This document shows positions 1-8,911 of a stretch of DNA of 32,000 nt, piece by piece. The stretch is taken from contig CAWJMG010000003.1 in NCBI GenBank assembly GCA_963843975.1, positions 2,010,001-2,042,000 of the forward strand, read 5' to 3'. The notes beneath the pieces were generated by a model. It saw only the letters and a list, made by a program, of their open reading frames with translations, had not been told where the DNA came from and did no database searches. Source of the DNA: an uncultured Actinomycetes bacterium (GTDB lineage: Bacteria; Actinomycetota; Actinomycetes; S36-B12; CAIYMF01). The position numbers and the translations under genes were made by a program. Position 1 is the stretch's first letter. Each line of letters starts with the position of its first letter.

Positions 1-272
1 CCGGTGATGTAGACGACGTTGGTGACGAGCAGGACGCGACCCACCTTGAGGGCCTGGTCGAGCACGGCTCCCGAGCGGTGGGCGCGCCAGGCGAGGTACG
101 ACGTGAGCCCGGCGAGGGCCGCGCCGAAGCCCGTCCACGCCCAGGTCTGCACCAGGTCGACCGATGCGGCGGGCACGAACTGCAGCGTCAGGTACGCCGA
201 GACGAGGCCGAGGACGACGCACCCCCAGGTGGCGACGCCCGCGATGACCGCGATGCGCTTGCTGAACTCCAC
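1..272 (-). CDS. hypothetical membrane protein, 3' end outside the window (N-terminal ~90 aa present)
   Basis: The ORF track omits it because no stop lies in the window. The reverse strand from GTG at 272 reads VEFSKRIAVIAGVATWGCVVLGLVSAYLTLQFVPAAS...LKVGRVLLVTNVVYIT. Third codon positions are almost all G/C. A GGGAG sits 6 nt upstream. A K/R-then-hydrophobic N-terminus is followed by two hydrophobic spans. An in-frame upstream stop at 315-317 bounds the start; GTG at 308 is an alternative. Confidence 0.5.
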   Translation of the reverse strand, partial: MEFSKRIAVIAGVATWGCVVLGLVSAYLTLQFVPAASVDLVQTWAWTGFGAALAGLTSYLAWRAHRSGAVLDQALKVGRVLLVTNVVYIT

Positions 273-353
273 GACTGCTCCCGCACTACGCCGCGCGAGA
301 CCCCCCACGGGTCCCTACGTGGTTGTCGGCAGCCCTGGCGTCACCTGAAGGGG

Positions 354-872
354 TCAACGGGGTCGGGATGCGTGACCGCGGGCGAGGCCCAGCACGGCCT
401 GCGCGTCGAGCACGGCCACCGGCCCGGTGGCCGACCCGTCGTCCGCGAGGCCCACGACGAGGTCCGAGGCCTCCGACGCGAGCGTGAGCGGCGCCCGCTC
501 GTGGTCGTCGGGCACCTCGATCAGGCCCAGGACCTGGTCGGCCACGATGCCGACCTCGACGTCGTCCGAGCGCACCACGACGACGCGGGCGCTGGAGGCC
601 AGCGGGGTCGCCGCGATGCCGAGCAGCGGCCTCAGGTCGGCCACGGGGAGCACGTGGCCCCGCCAGTTGCCCACGCCGAGCAGCCAGGACGGTCCGGCAG
701 GGACGCGCGTGAGGCCCGGCACGGGTACGACCTCGACCACGTGCGCGGCACCCACGGCGTACCGGCCCGCACCCAGGCGCACGACGACGTGCTCGTGCCC
801 GACGACGGCGTCCACGTCGACGACGTCGTCGTCGAACCAGGTCGGCGCCGGGTCGGCGGGGTGAAGGCTCAC
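354..872 (-). CDS. CheW-like domain protein (stand-alone, 172 aa)
   Basis: The C-terminal part of track ORF 354..1142 aligns by eye with E. coli CheW. HVVVRLGAGRYAVGAAHVVEVVPVPGLTRVPAGPSWLLGVGNWRGHVLPVADLRPLLG matches [22 protein letters not shown]...IKGVTNLRGVIVPIVDLR. VVVVRSDDVEVGIVADQVLGLIEV matches [25 protein letters not shown]. I chose the in-frame GTG at 872, 7 nt after the upstream gene's stop. The N-terminal part of the track ORF is Ser/Pro/Ala junk that overlaps the neighbouring gene. Confidence 0.75.
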   Translation of the reverse strand: MSLHPADPAPTWFDDDVVDVDAVVGHEHVVVRLGAGRYAVGAAHVVEVVPVPGLTRVPAGPSWLLGVGNWRGHVLPVADLRPLLGIAATPLASSARVVVVRSDDVEVGIVADQVLGLIEVPDDHERAPLTLASEASDLVVGLADDGSATGPVAVLDAQAVLGLARGHASRPR

Positions 873-879
873 ACGTCCG

Positions 880-1347
880 TCATCGGACGTCGGCGGCGTC
901 CCCTGTAGGGGGAACGGGGTCGCCGAAGCCCTCGAAGGGGCCCGCGAGGCGGCCGCCGCGCTCCTCGGCCATGAGCTCGGCGTGGCCCTCGGGCAGCCGC
1001 CAGACCAGTGCGAGGAGGCCGAGGACGAAAGCCAGGCCGAGGTACCAGTAGCTGCGAGGGACGTCGGGCAGCAGGACGTCGCCGCCAGGGGCGACGAGCA
1101 GGACGACCGCCGAGGCCACGAACCAGCCAGCCAGCAGGACACCGGCGGTCGGACGCGAGCCCGTGCTCCAGAGGGTGGCCCGCACCGCGACGCCGAGCGA
1201 GACGGCCATGAGGACGAGACCCCAGGGCAGCATCACCGAGCCCACGGGCGTGCGGGCGGCCGACACGACCGAGCCGACGAGGCCCAGCAGGACGCCGAGG
1301 AACCCCATGAGCACGACCGTGGTGGGGTTCGCCCGGGACGTCGTCAC
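880..1347 (-). CDS. small integral membrane protein, about 4 TM helices (155 aa); possibly the DUF6113/Rv1171-type protein usually found next to mshB
   Basis: This is the last 155 codons of track ORF 880..2607: VTTSRANPTTVVLMGFLGVLLGLVGSVVSAA...YWYLGLAFVLGLLALVWRLPEG, with four clear hydrophobic spans. The GTG start at 1347 overlaps the FtsH-paralog stop (minus strand ATGTGA, 4-nt overlap). The DUF6113 name comes from memory of annotation context, not from an alignment. Confidence 0.7.
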   Translation of the reverse strand: MTTSRANPTTVVLMGFLGVLLGLVGSVVSAARTPVGSVMLPWGLVLMAVSLGVAVRATLWSTGSRPTAGVLLAGWFVASAVVLLVAPGGDVLLPDVPRSYWYLGLAFVLGLLALVWRLPEGHAELMAEERGGRLAGPFEGFGDPVPPTGDAADVR

Positions 1348-3344
1348 ATGTCGAGGGTAACCGCGGCCTCCGTGCGGACAGCAGCGGCACGGACGTCGAC
1401 GACGGTGTCGGCCTCGGCCTTGGCCGCCGACGCTGCCTCGAGGATGTCGGTGATCTCCCGGCCGATGAGCTCGTGGCGCTCGACGAGCGCGTCGCGCAGC
1501 GCCTCGACGAGGTGACGGTTCTCGTTCAGGAGGGCGAGCGTGTACGCCTTCTGCGCCTGCAGCAGCTTCTCGACCCGCGCGCGTCCCTCGGCGTCGCCGA
1601 GCACCTTGCCGACCAGGTTGGTGTCGCTGAGGGCCGAGCCCTGCACGGCGGCGTAGGAGATCAGCGTGTCGGTCATGCCGGCGGAGCCGATCATCTGCGC
1701 GGCCACGTTGGTCGCGTAGAGCAGGTCGCCCGCCGGTCCGGTGCTGATGTCGTCGAAGAAGAGCTCCTCGGCCGCCTGACCGCCCATGGCGATCTGCATG
1801 AGCGCGATCATCTCCGAGCGAGAGCGCGTGAAGACGTCCTCGGCGTCGCCATGAGCGAGCATGCCCAGGGCGTCCTTGCGCTTGATGATCGTGAGCACCT
1901 CGAGGCGGCGCTGCGGCGCGGTGAGCCAGGCGGCGACCGCGTGGCCGGCCTCGTGCGTCGCGATGAGGCGCTGCTCGTGCGGGGTGTAGGCGACGGGCTG
2001 CCCCATGCCCACCTCCTCGACGAGCCGTGCGCGCTCGACGTCGGCGCGGTTCATCTCCTGCACCCCGCGGCGCAGCGCGTTGACCAGGCCCTCGTCGAAG
2101 AGGTGCTCGATCATCACCGGCGTGTAGCCCTGGGTCACCGAGGCGAGACCGTCGCGGATCTCCTCCTCGTCGAGCTCGGCCGTGTGCGACTTGCGGGAGA
2201 GGAAGAAGTCGATGAGCTCGCGGCGGCCGGCCTTGCCCGGTGCCTCGAAGCTGAGGCGGCGGTCGAAGCGGCCGGGGCGCAGCAGGGCCGGGTCGAGGTT
2301 GTCGGCGCGGTTGGTTGCGGCGATGACGAGCACGTTCGTGGTCGGCGGCACCGGGCGCTTGAACTGACGGGTGGGCGGCAGGAACAGGTTGATCTTGTCG
2401 ACGAACCACGACTGCAGCTTCTGGAAGCCCGTCGGGTCGTCGAACGACTGCATCTGCACGAGGAGCTCGTTGACGACGCCGCCGACGCCCTCGCTCTGCA
2501 TCGAGGCGTTGCGCACGACGTTGCCGCCCCCGGCCGCGGACACGATCGACAGCGACTGGGCGGCGCCGGCGTACTGCCCGGGGAGCCCGTCGAGGCCGCC
2601 GCAGCACAGCGCGGCGTTGGAGCGGGTCATGGGCATGGGGGTCATGGAGAGGCCGCCGCGCGCCATCGCGATCGCGTCGATCTCCTCGATGAAGCCGATG
2701 GCGCCGCCCTCCTGGCGCGCGGCCTTGCGCAGCGCCTTGAAGTACGAGCGGATCTTGCGCGCGGTGGCGCCGTAGTACATCGACTGGAAGGACGTCGCCG
2801 ACACGAACAGGAACGGGACGCCGGCCTCGCGAGCCATGGCCTTGGCGAGGTAGGTCTTGCCGGTGCCGGGCTGGCCCTCGAAGAGGAGGCCGCGGCGCGG
2901 GGTGCCGCCCATCTCGCTCGCGAACGCCTTGTGCGCGAGGAAGAGGTTGAGCGAGCGGACCACGTCCTCCTTGACGCCGTCGATGCCGATGACGTCGTCG
3001 AGGCGGGTCTCGATCTGCTCGGGGCGGTAGGTCACGTGCGGCGAGCGGCCGGCGCCGACGGTCGAGCCGATCAGCACCAGGATGAGAGCGAAGAAGAACA
3101 GGCCGGGCAGCAGCAGCATCGGGTCGATGGTCGGCAGCGTGATCGACAGGATGTCGAACGGCTCGCCGGAGGCGATGCGCGCCATGAGGTACATCGCCGG
3201 GATGGCGAGCACCGCGAAGAGCCCCCAGAGCCGACGACGGCGCGAGCGCTCGCGCGACTGACCGACGTCGCCGTCGCGTGCCGCGAGGCTGCCGGTGCCT
3301 GCCTCGCTGAGCATGGCCGTCGAGCTGGTGCGCCGCTTCGCCAT
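1344..3344 (-). CDS. FtsH-family AAA+ zinc metalloprotease paralog (666 aa from ATG 3344)
   Basis: Walker A GQPGTGKT, Walker B IGFIEEID, pore-loop MYYG, SRH/Arg-finger ATNRADNLDPALLRPGRFDRR, and zinc site HEAGHAV followed by AAEELFF...STGPAGDL. There are two N-terminal TM spans. I chose ATG at 3344 (MAKRRTSS, AGGGG upstream); the track ORF runs up to 3458. Confidence 0.9.
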   Translation of the reverse strand: MAKRRTSSTAMLSEAGTGSLAARDGDVGQSRERSRRRRLWGLFAVLAIPAMYLMARIASGEPFDILSITLPTIDPMLLLPGLFFFALILVLIGSTVGAGRSPHVTYRPEQIETRLDDVIGIDGVKEDVVRSLNLFLAHKAFASEMGGTPRRGLLFEGQPGTGKTYLAKAMAREAGVPFLFVSATSFQSMYYGATARKIRSYFKALRKAARQEGGAIGFIEEIDAIAMARGGLSMTPMPMTRSNAALCCGGLDGLPGQYAGAAQSLSIVSAAGGGNVVRNASMQSEGVGGVVNELLVQMQSFDDPTGFQKLQSWFVDKINLFLPPTRQFKRPVPPTTNVLVIAATNRADNLDPALLRPGRFDRRLSFEAPGKAGRRELIDFFLSRKSHTAELDEEEIRDGLASVTQGYTPVMIEHLFDEGLVNALRRGVQEMNRADVERARLVEEVGMGQPVAYTPHEQRLIATHEAGHAVAAWLTAPQRRLEVLTIIKRKDALGMLAHGDAEDVFTRSRSEMIALMQIAMGGQAAEELFFDDISTGPAGDLLYATNVAAQMIGSAGMTDTLISYAAVQGSALSDTNLVGKVLGDAEGRARVEKLLQAQKAYTLALLNENRHLVEALRDALVERHELIGREITDILEAASAAKAEADTVVDVRAAAVRTEAAVTLDM

Positions 3345-3541
3345 GTGCACGACCCCTGTCTGGTCACCCGAGGAACGGGACGAGCCCCGATGCCGGGGCC
3401 GTGCACCCATCGTGAGCGACGCGGGGCTGATCTGCCGCACCCGCAGGCCCCGTCTCACCCGGGTGGAGTACCCCGGACGGCCGAAGCGCTACGCAGAGTG
3501 CGCGCGAGTTCTCGGATCGCGCAACGGGGTGACCCGGCGCC

Positions 3542-4432
3542 CTACAGGCCGGCGAAGAGGTCGGTCTCGTGGCCGGACTCGTCGAGCGGGCCGGGCGTGC
3601 CCTTCACGAGCCGGTAGTACTCACGTCCGAACGCTCGAGACCCGAGGTTGTTCGACAGCGCGAAGAAGCCGTCCTCGAGGCTGATCTGGGTGGCGTGAGC
3701 GGCCATCGCCGCGGTCTTGCGCTCGAGCCAGTCCTCGGCGTCGATCGTCGTCGTCACCAGGGCGTCGTCGCACGCGAACGGCATGTCGTCGGGGTCCATG
3801 GCCGCGAACCCTGTGGTCTCGCCCGCGGCGCGCAGCGCCTCGATGCCGGAGCGCACGATCGACTTCGGGAACGCCGTCCAGTAGACCTTCGCGATGTCCC
3901 ACGCCTCGCCCAGGTCGGGGCGGAACGACGGCGCAGCGGCGAGCATCGCGCCGTACATCGCGACGCGGTGCGCCTGGATGTGGTCGGGGTGGCCGTATCC
4001 GCCGAAGTCGTCGTACGTGACGAGCACCTGCGGGCGCACCTCGCGGATCACCGCGACGAGGTCCGAGGCAGCAGCGAGGAGATCGGCCTGCCAGAAGCAC
4101 GTGGGGTCGTCGTTGTCCGGCAGGCCCATCATCCCGGAGTCGCGGTACTTGCCGTCGCCGCCGAGCTGCCGGTGGTCGGTCACGCCGAGGGCCTTCATGG
4201 CGTCGGCGAGCTCGATCTTGCGGTGCTCCCCGAGGCTGTCCTCGCGGTCGGCCGCGCGGTGCGCGTGCTCCTCGAGGAGGATCTCGCCCTCCTCGCCCAG
4301 GGTGCAGGTGACGAGCGCGACGTGGGCGCCGGCATCGACGTACTTCGCCATGGTGGCGCCCGTGCCGATCGTCTCGTCGTCGGGGTGCGCGTGGACGAGC
4401 AGGAGGCGGTGGGCTGCTGCGGGAGAGGTCAC
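3542..4432 (-). CDS. mshB: N-acetyl-1-D-myo-inositol-2-amino-2-deoxy-alpha-D-glucopyranoside deacetylase (LmbE family, mycothiol biosynthesis)
   Basis: LmbE signature [20 protein letters not shown] plus [12 protein letters not shown], about 296 aa. It sits in the typA / family-5 SBP / mshB synteny known from mycobacteria. I preferred the GTG start at 4432 ([20 protein letters not shown]) over ATG 4495, which would overlap the divergent gene. From sequence alone the paralog Mca cannot be fully excluded. Confidence 0.82.
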   Translation of the reverse strand: MTSPAAAHRLLLVHAHPDDETIGTGATMAKYVDAGAHVALVTCTLGEEGEILLEEHAHRAADREDSLGEHRKIELADAMKALGVTDHRQLGGDGKYRDSGMMGLPDNDDPTCFWQADLLAAASDLVAVIREVRPQVLVTYDDFGGYGHPDHIQAHRVAMYGAMLAAAPSFRPDLGEAWDIAKVYWTAFPKSIVRSGIEALRAAGETTGFAAMDPDDMPFACDDALVTTTIDAEDWLERKTAAMAAHATQISLEDGFFALSNNLGSRAFGREYYRLVKGTPGPLDESGHETDLFAGL

Positions 4433-4488
4433 GCGGGCGAGCCTAACCCGGGGCGTGCCGCCGCGGAGGCGGTGAAAGACTGCCCGGC

Positions 4489-6579
4489 ATGACAACGCCG
4501 TCGTTCCCCCGGCACAGCGCCCTCACCCACCGCTTCAGCGCCGGGGCACCGCGCCTGTTCACCATCTCCCCCGACGGGCGCCGTGTGGTGTTCGTGCGCT
4601 CCGCGTCCGGCACCGACGTCGTCGGCCGGCTCTGGGTCCTCGACGTCGAGAGCGGTGCCGAGCGCCTGGCCGCCGACCCGACCGCGCTGCACGCGGGGGC
4701 CGAGGAGCTGTCGGTGGAGGAGCGGGCCCGCCGCGAGCGGATGCGCGAGGGCAACGCCGGCATCGTGGGCTACTCCACCGACGACGCCGTGACGCGCGCG
4801 GTCTTCGCGCTGTCGGGCGGCCTGTACGGCGGCTCCCTCGACGACGGCCGCATCCACGCCCTCGACGTGCCCGGCCCGGTGATCGACCCGCGGCTCTCGC
4901 CCGACGGCGCTCACGTCGCCTACGTGTCCGGCCGGTCGCTGCGTCTCGTGCGCTCCGACGGCACCGACGACCGTGCGCTCGCCGAGCCCTCGCACCCGCT
5001 CGAGACCTGCGGCCTCGCCGACTTCGCCGCGGCCGAGGAGCTCGACCGCTCGCGCGGCTTCTGGTGGTCACCTGCGTCCGACGCCGTGCTGGTCGAGCGC
5101 GTCGACGAGACACCGGTGAACGAGTGGTGGATCGCCGACCCGCTGCACCCCGACCAGCGCCCGCGTCCGCACCGCTACCCGGCGGCGGGCACACCCAACG
5201 CCCTCGTCTCGCTGGCCGTCGTGCGGCTCGACGGGTCGTCGGTCGACGTCGGGTGGGACACCGCGGCGTACGAGTACCTCGTCGACGTCTCGTGGACGTC
5301 GTACGGCGACCCGCTCATCGTCGTCTCCACGCGCGACCAGCGGCGGTTCGCGGTGCTCGCGGTCGACGTGGCGACCGGCGGGACCCGCATGGTCACCGAG
5401 ATCACCGACGAGCAGTGGGTGGATGCCTCCCCCGGCGCGTTCCGATGGGCGCCGGACGGCCGGCTGCTGACGTTGCGCCCGGACCGCGCGAGCGACACCT
5501 ACCGGCTGCACCTCGGCGACGACTGGCTGACGCCGGCGGGCATGCAGGTGCGCGGCGTCGCGGACGTCGACGCCGAGGGCATGCTGGTGTCCACCGCTCC
5601 CGACCCGCTGTCGTCCTCGCTCGTGAAGGTGGCGTGGGACGGGACGTCGACGGTCGTGGCCGACGGCCTCGCCTGGTGGGCCGGCCGGTCGTCGGGCGGC
5701 ACCGACCTGCTGGTCGGTCGCACCCTCGAGAGCACGGCCACGACGTTCGAGATCCGCTCCGGCGGCAGGGTCCTCGCCGTCACGACGCACGCCGAGGTGC
5801 CGGGGGTGACGCCGAAGGTCGAGGTCATCGCCGCGGGCGACCTCGCGATCGTGACCGCGGTCCTGTGGCCGAGCGACCACGAGCCGGGTTCGCGGAAGCT
5901 GCCTGTCGTCCTCAGCCCGTACGGCGGCCCGCACCATGCCGAGGTGCTCGCGGCCGGGCTCGGGTTCGGCGAGGACCAGTGGCTCGCCGACCAGGGCTTC
6001 TGCGTCGTGGTCGCCGACGGTCGCGGAACCCCGGGCCGCGGCCCGGCCTGGGACCGGGCCGTGCACCACGACCTCACGGACGTCGTCCTCGCCGACCAGG
6101 TCACCGCGCTCGAGGCGGTGGCCGCGTGCTGGCCCGACGACGTCGACACCTCGCGCGTCGGCATCCGGGGGTGGTCGTTCGGCGGCTACCTGTCGGCCCT
6201 CGCCGTGCTCAAGCGCCCCGACGTCTTCCACGCCGCCGTGGCCGGCGCGCCGGTGACCGACATGCGCTTCTACGACACGGCGTACAGCGAGCGCTACCTC
6301 GGCAACCCCGCCGAGGATCCGGGCCCGTACGACGCGGGCAGCCTTCTGCCGCTCGCACCGCAGCTGACACGGCCGCTCATGATCATCCACGGCCTCACCG
6401 ACGACAACGTCGTCGTGGCGCACACGCTCGCACTGTCGGGCGCGCTCACCGTGGCGGGGCGCCCGCACCAGGTGCTGCCGCTCTCGGGCGTCACGCACAT
6501 GACGCCACAGGAGGAGGTCGCCGAGAACAAGCTGCTGCTCGAGCTCGACTTCCTCAAGCGCTCGCTCGGCGTCGACTGA
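4489..6579 (+). CDS. S9 family serine peptidase, dipeptidyl-peptidase IV-like (N-terminal beta-propeller plus alpha/beta hydrolase)
   Basis: 696 aa. Nucleophile elbow [12 protein letters not shown], acid [10 protein letters not shown] and His LSGVTHMT, in the S9 order Ser-Asp-His. The N-terminal half has a propeller-like pattern ([30 protein letters not shown]). Confidence 0.9.
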   Translation: MTTPSFPRHSALTHRFSAGAPRLFTISPDGRRVVFVRSASGTDVVGRLWVLDVESGAERLAADPTALHAGAEELSVEERARRERMREGNAGIVGYSTDDAVTRAVFALSGGLYGGSLDDGRIHALDVPGPVIDPRLSPDGAHVAYVSGRSLRLVRSDGTDDRALAEPSHPLETCGLADFAAAEELDRSRGFWWSPASDAVLVERVDETPVNEWWIADPLHPDQRPRPHRYPAAGTPNALVSLAVVRLDGSSVDVGWDTAAYEYLVDVSWTSYGDPLIVVSTRDQRRFAVLAVDVATGGTRMVTEITDEQWVDASPGAFRWAPDGRLLTLRPDRASDTYRLHLGDDWLTPAGMQVRGVADVDAEGMLVSTAPDPLSSSLVKVAWDGTSTVVADGLAWWAGRSSGGTDLLVGRTLESTATTFEIRSGGRVLAVTTHAEVPGVTPKVEVIAAGDLAIVTAVLWPSDHEPGSRKLPVVLSPYGGPHHAEVLAAGLGFGEDQWLADQGFCVVVADGRGTPGRGPAWDRAVHHDLTDVVLADQVTALEAVAACWPDDVDTSRVGIRGWSFGGYLSALAVLKRPDVFHAAVAGAPVTDMRFYDTAYSERYLGNPAEDPGPYDAGSLLPLAPQLTRPLMIIHGLTDDNVVVAHTLALSGALTVAGRPHQVLPLSGVTHMTPQEEVAENKLLLELDFLKRSLGVD

Positions 6580-6587
6580 CCGTCGCA

Positions 6588-6632
6588 ACGTACGAGGGCC
6601 CCGGCAGCGATGCGGTCGGGGCCCTCGTACGT
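6588..6632. terminator. GC-rich stem-loop between convergent genes (16-bp perfect stem, 13-nt loop), no U-tract
   Basis: ACGTACGAGGGCCCCG (6588-6603) pairs perfectly with CGGGGCCCTCGTACGT (6617-6632). It lies between the S9 peptidase stop (6579) and the ABC ATPase stop (6638). Confidence 0.6.
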
Positions 6633-6637
6633 GGTGG

Positions 6638-7795
6638 CTAGCGGATGTTGGTGCGCGGCGTCTCGTGGGCGCGGTGGACGAGGTCCTCGTTGCCCTCGCC
6701 GGCCGGGCCGAGGTCCTGCTCGGGGGCCTGCGGGCCGCGGATGACCTCGTCGGTGTGCACGAAGACGGGCTTGGCCTCCGGGAAGTGGCAGGCAATGGCG
6801 TGCCCCGGCGCCACCTCGCGGAACGCCGGCACCTCGACCTTGCACTGCTCCTGCGCCTTGTAGCAGCGGGTGTGGAACACACAGCCGGACGGCGGGTTGA
6901 TCGGGCTGGGCAGGTCGCCGGTCAGCAGGATCCGCTCGCGACGCGTCTGGTTGTCCGGGTCGGGGATGGGCACGGCCGACAGCAGCGCGTGGGTGTACGG
7001 GTGCAGCGGCTTGGAGTAGAGGACGTCGCGGTCCGCGAGCTCCATGATCTTGCCGAGGTACATGACCGCCACGCGGTCGGCGATGTGCCGCACGACGGAG
7101 AGGTCGTGGGCCACGAAGATGTAGGCGATGCCGAACTCGCTCTGCAGGTCCTCGAGCAGGTTGACGACCTGGGCCTGGATCGAGACGTCGAGCGCGGACA
7201 CGGGCTCGTCGGCCACGATGAGCTTGGGGCGCAGCGCGATCGCGCGGGCCACGCCGATGCGCTGGCGCTGACCGCCGGAGAACTCGTGCGGGTAGCGGTT
7301 GTAGTGCTCGGGGTTGAGACCGACGCGCTCGAGGAGCTCCTGCACCTTGGGCTTGATGTCCCTGTCGGCCAGCGTGCCCTGCACCCGGAACGGGGCGCCG
7401 ACGATCGTGCCGATCGTGTGCCGCGGGTTCAGCGAGGAGTACGGGTCCTGGAAGATCATCTGGACTTCGCTGCGCATCGGGCGCATCTGGGACACCGAGT
7501 AGTTCGTGATGTCCTTGCCGTTGAAGATGATCTGGCCGGACGTCGGCTCGAGCAGCTTGGTGATCGTGCGCCCGGCGGTCGACTTGCCGCAGCCGGACTC
7601 GCCCACGACGCCGAGCGTCTCGCGCTCGCCGACGTCGAACGAGATGCCGTCGACGGCCTGCACCGCGCCCACCTGGCGCTGGAACACGATGCCCTGTGTG
7701 ATGGGGAAGTGCTTCTTGAGGTCCCTGACCTGGAGCAGGGCGTCGTCGCGCAGCGCGATGGGCGCGTACGACTCGGTGCTCGGGGCGACGGTCAC
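6638..7795 (-). CDS. oligopeptide/dipeptide ABC transporter ATP-binding protein (OppF/DppF type) with a ~47-aa C-terminal tail
   Basis: Walker A GESGCGKST, signature FSGGQRQRIGVARA, Walker B LIVADEPVSALD, and a C-terminal Opp-type region with 4 Cys. GTG start with GAAGGAGA upstream. Confidence 0.95.
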   Translation of the reverse strand: MTVAPSTESYAPIALRDDALLQVRDLKKHFPITQGIVFQRQVGAVQAVDGISFDVGERETLGVVGESGCGKSTAGRTITKLLEPTSGQIIFNGKDITNYSVSQMRPMRSEVQMIFQDPYSSLNPRHTIGTIVGAPFRVQGTLADRDIKPKVQELLERVGLNPEHYNRYPHEFSGGQRQRIGVARAIALRPKLIVADEPVSALDVSIQAQVVNLLEDLQSEFGIAYIFVAHDLSVVRHIADRVAVMYLGKIMELADRDVLYSKPLHPYTHALLSAVPIPDPDNQTRRERILLTGDLPSPINPPSGCVFHTRCYKAQEQCKVEVPAFREVAPGHAIACHFPEAKPVFVHTDEVIRGPQAPEQDLGPAGEGNEDLVHRAHETPRTNIR

Positions 7796-7830
7796 GGTGT
7801 CTCCTTCGGAGGCGGTGCAGGTACGAGGGC

Positions 7831-8898
7831 TTAGAGGGCCGGCTTGATCTCGTCGCGCCAGATCCTGTGACGCTCCTCGACCGGGATGTGGCAGCGCACG
7901 GAGTGGCCGGGGGTCGCCTCAAGGAGGTCGGGGCGGATGTCACGGCAGGCCGTGCCCTCGACGTGACCCTGGAATCGGCAGCGCGGGTTGAACACGCAGC
8001 CCTTGGGGAGGTTGATCAGCGACGGCGGGTTGCCGGGGATCGGGTCGAGGCGGCCCTTGCGGTCACGGTCGAGGCGCGGCATCGAGCCGAGGAGGCCCCA
8101 GGTGTAGGGCATCTCGGGCTGGTAGAACACGTCGCGCACCGCGGCCTGCTCGACGCAGCGTCCGCCGTACATCACGGTCACGTCGTCGGCGATCTCGGCG
8201 ATCACGCCGAGGTCGTGCGTGATCAGGATGATCGCGGAGTTGTACTCCTTCTGCAGGTCGCGCATCAGGTCGAGGATCTGAGCCTGGACCGTGACGTCGA
8301 GCGCCGTGGTGGGCTCGTCCGCGATGAGCAGCTGCGGGTCGTTCACCAGCGCCATCGCGATCATCGCGCGCTGGCGCATGCCGCCGGAGAACTGGTGCGG
8401 GTAGTCGTCGACGCGGCGGTCCGGGTTGGGGATGCCGACGCGGTCGAGCATCTCGATGGCGCGCTTGCGCGCGTCCTGCTTCGAGACGTCGTTGTGGATG
8501 CGGTACGCCTCCACGATCTGCTCGCCCACCTTGTAGAACGGGTGCATCGAGGAGAGCGGGTCCTGGAAGATCATCGCGACCTTGTTGCCGCGCAGCGAGC
8601 GCATCTCGTCCGCGGACTTCTGGACGAGCTCCTCGCCGTCGAGCCAGATCTCCCCGGACACCTGGGCACGCGTGCCCTTGTGGAGGCCGAGGATGGCTTG
8701 GCTCGTGACGGACTTGCCCGAGCCGGACTCGCCGACGATGCCCATCGTCTTGCCGCGCTCGACGGAGAACGAGAGGCCGTCGACCGAGCGGACGAGTCCG
8801 TCGTCGGTGGGGAACGCGACGCGGAGGTCGCGCACCTCGAGGAAGTGCTTCGGCGGCCCGGAGGGGGCCGTGGCCGCGGTGTCTGCGATGAGGGTCAC
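7831..8898 (-). CDS. oligopeptide/dipeptide ABC transporter ATP-binding protein (OppD/DppD type)
   Basis: Walker [10 protein letters not shown], signature [14 protein letters not shown], Walker [13 protein letters not shown], and a C-terminal Opp-type region with 4 Cys. Confidence 0.95.
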   Translation of the reverse strand: MTLIADTAATAPSGPPKHFLEVRDLRVAFPTDDGLVRSVDGLSFSVERGKTMGIVGESGSGKSVTSQAILGLHKGTRAQVSGEIWLDGEELVQKSADEMRSLRGNKVAMIFQDPLSSMHPFYKVGEQIVEAYRIHNDVSKQDARKRAIEMLDRVGIPNPDRRVDDYPHQFSGGMRQRAMIAMALVNDPQLLIADEPTTALDVTVQAQILDLMRDLQKEYNSAIILITHDLGVIAEIADDVTVMYGGRCVEQAAVRDVFYQPEMPYTWGLLGSMPRLDRDRKGRLDPIPGNPPSLINLPKGCVFNPRCRFQGHVEGTACRDIRPDLLEATPGHSVRCHIPVEERHRIWRDEIKPAL

Positions 8899-8911
8899 GG
8901 TGAGTCCTTGA

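Noticed and set aside
1348-2607. Upstream 420 codons of track ORF 880..2607, which would make a 575-aa protein.
   Set aside because: Only the last 155 codons look like a real (membrane) protein. The upstream part is poly-Arg/Pro/Gly, an out-of-frame reading of the FtsH paralog. A GTG start overlaps the FtsH stop exactly at 1347.
1473-3617. 714-aa plus-strand ORF antisense to the FtsH paralog. The same applies to 13125..15122 (antisense typA), 18975..20462 (antisense TrpB2), 20309..22546 (antisense flotillin), 23592..25160 (antisense ATPase), 26121..27863 and 27217..29859 (antisense S8 and kinase), and 5064..6641, 5068..6882 and 6294..7943.
   Set aside because: Their translations are Arg/Gly/Asp/His/Pro-rich with no recognisable motifs. 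They lie opposite to, or out of frame with, genes that have clear family signatures. Long stop-free antisense frames are expected in DNA this GC-rich.
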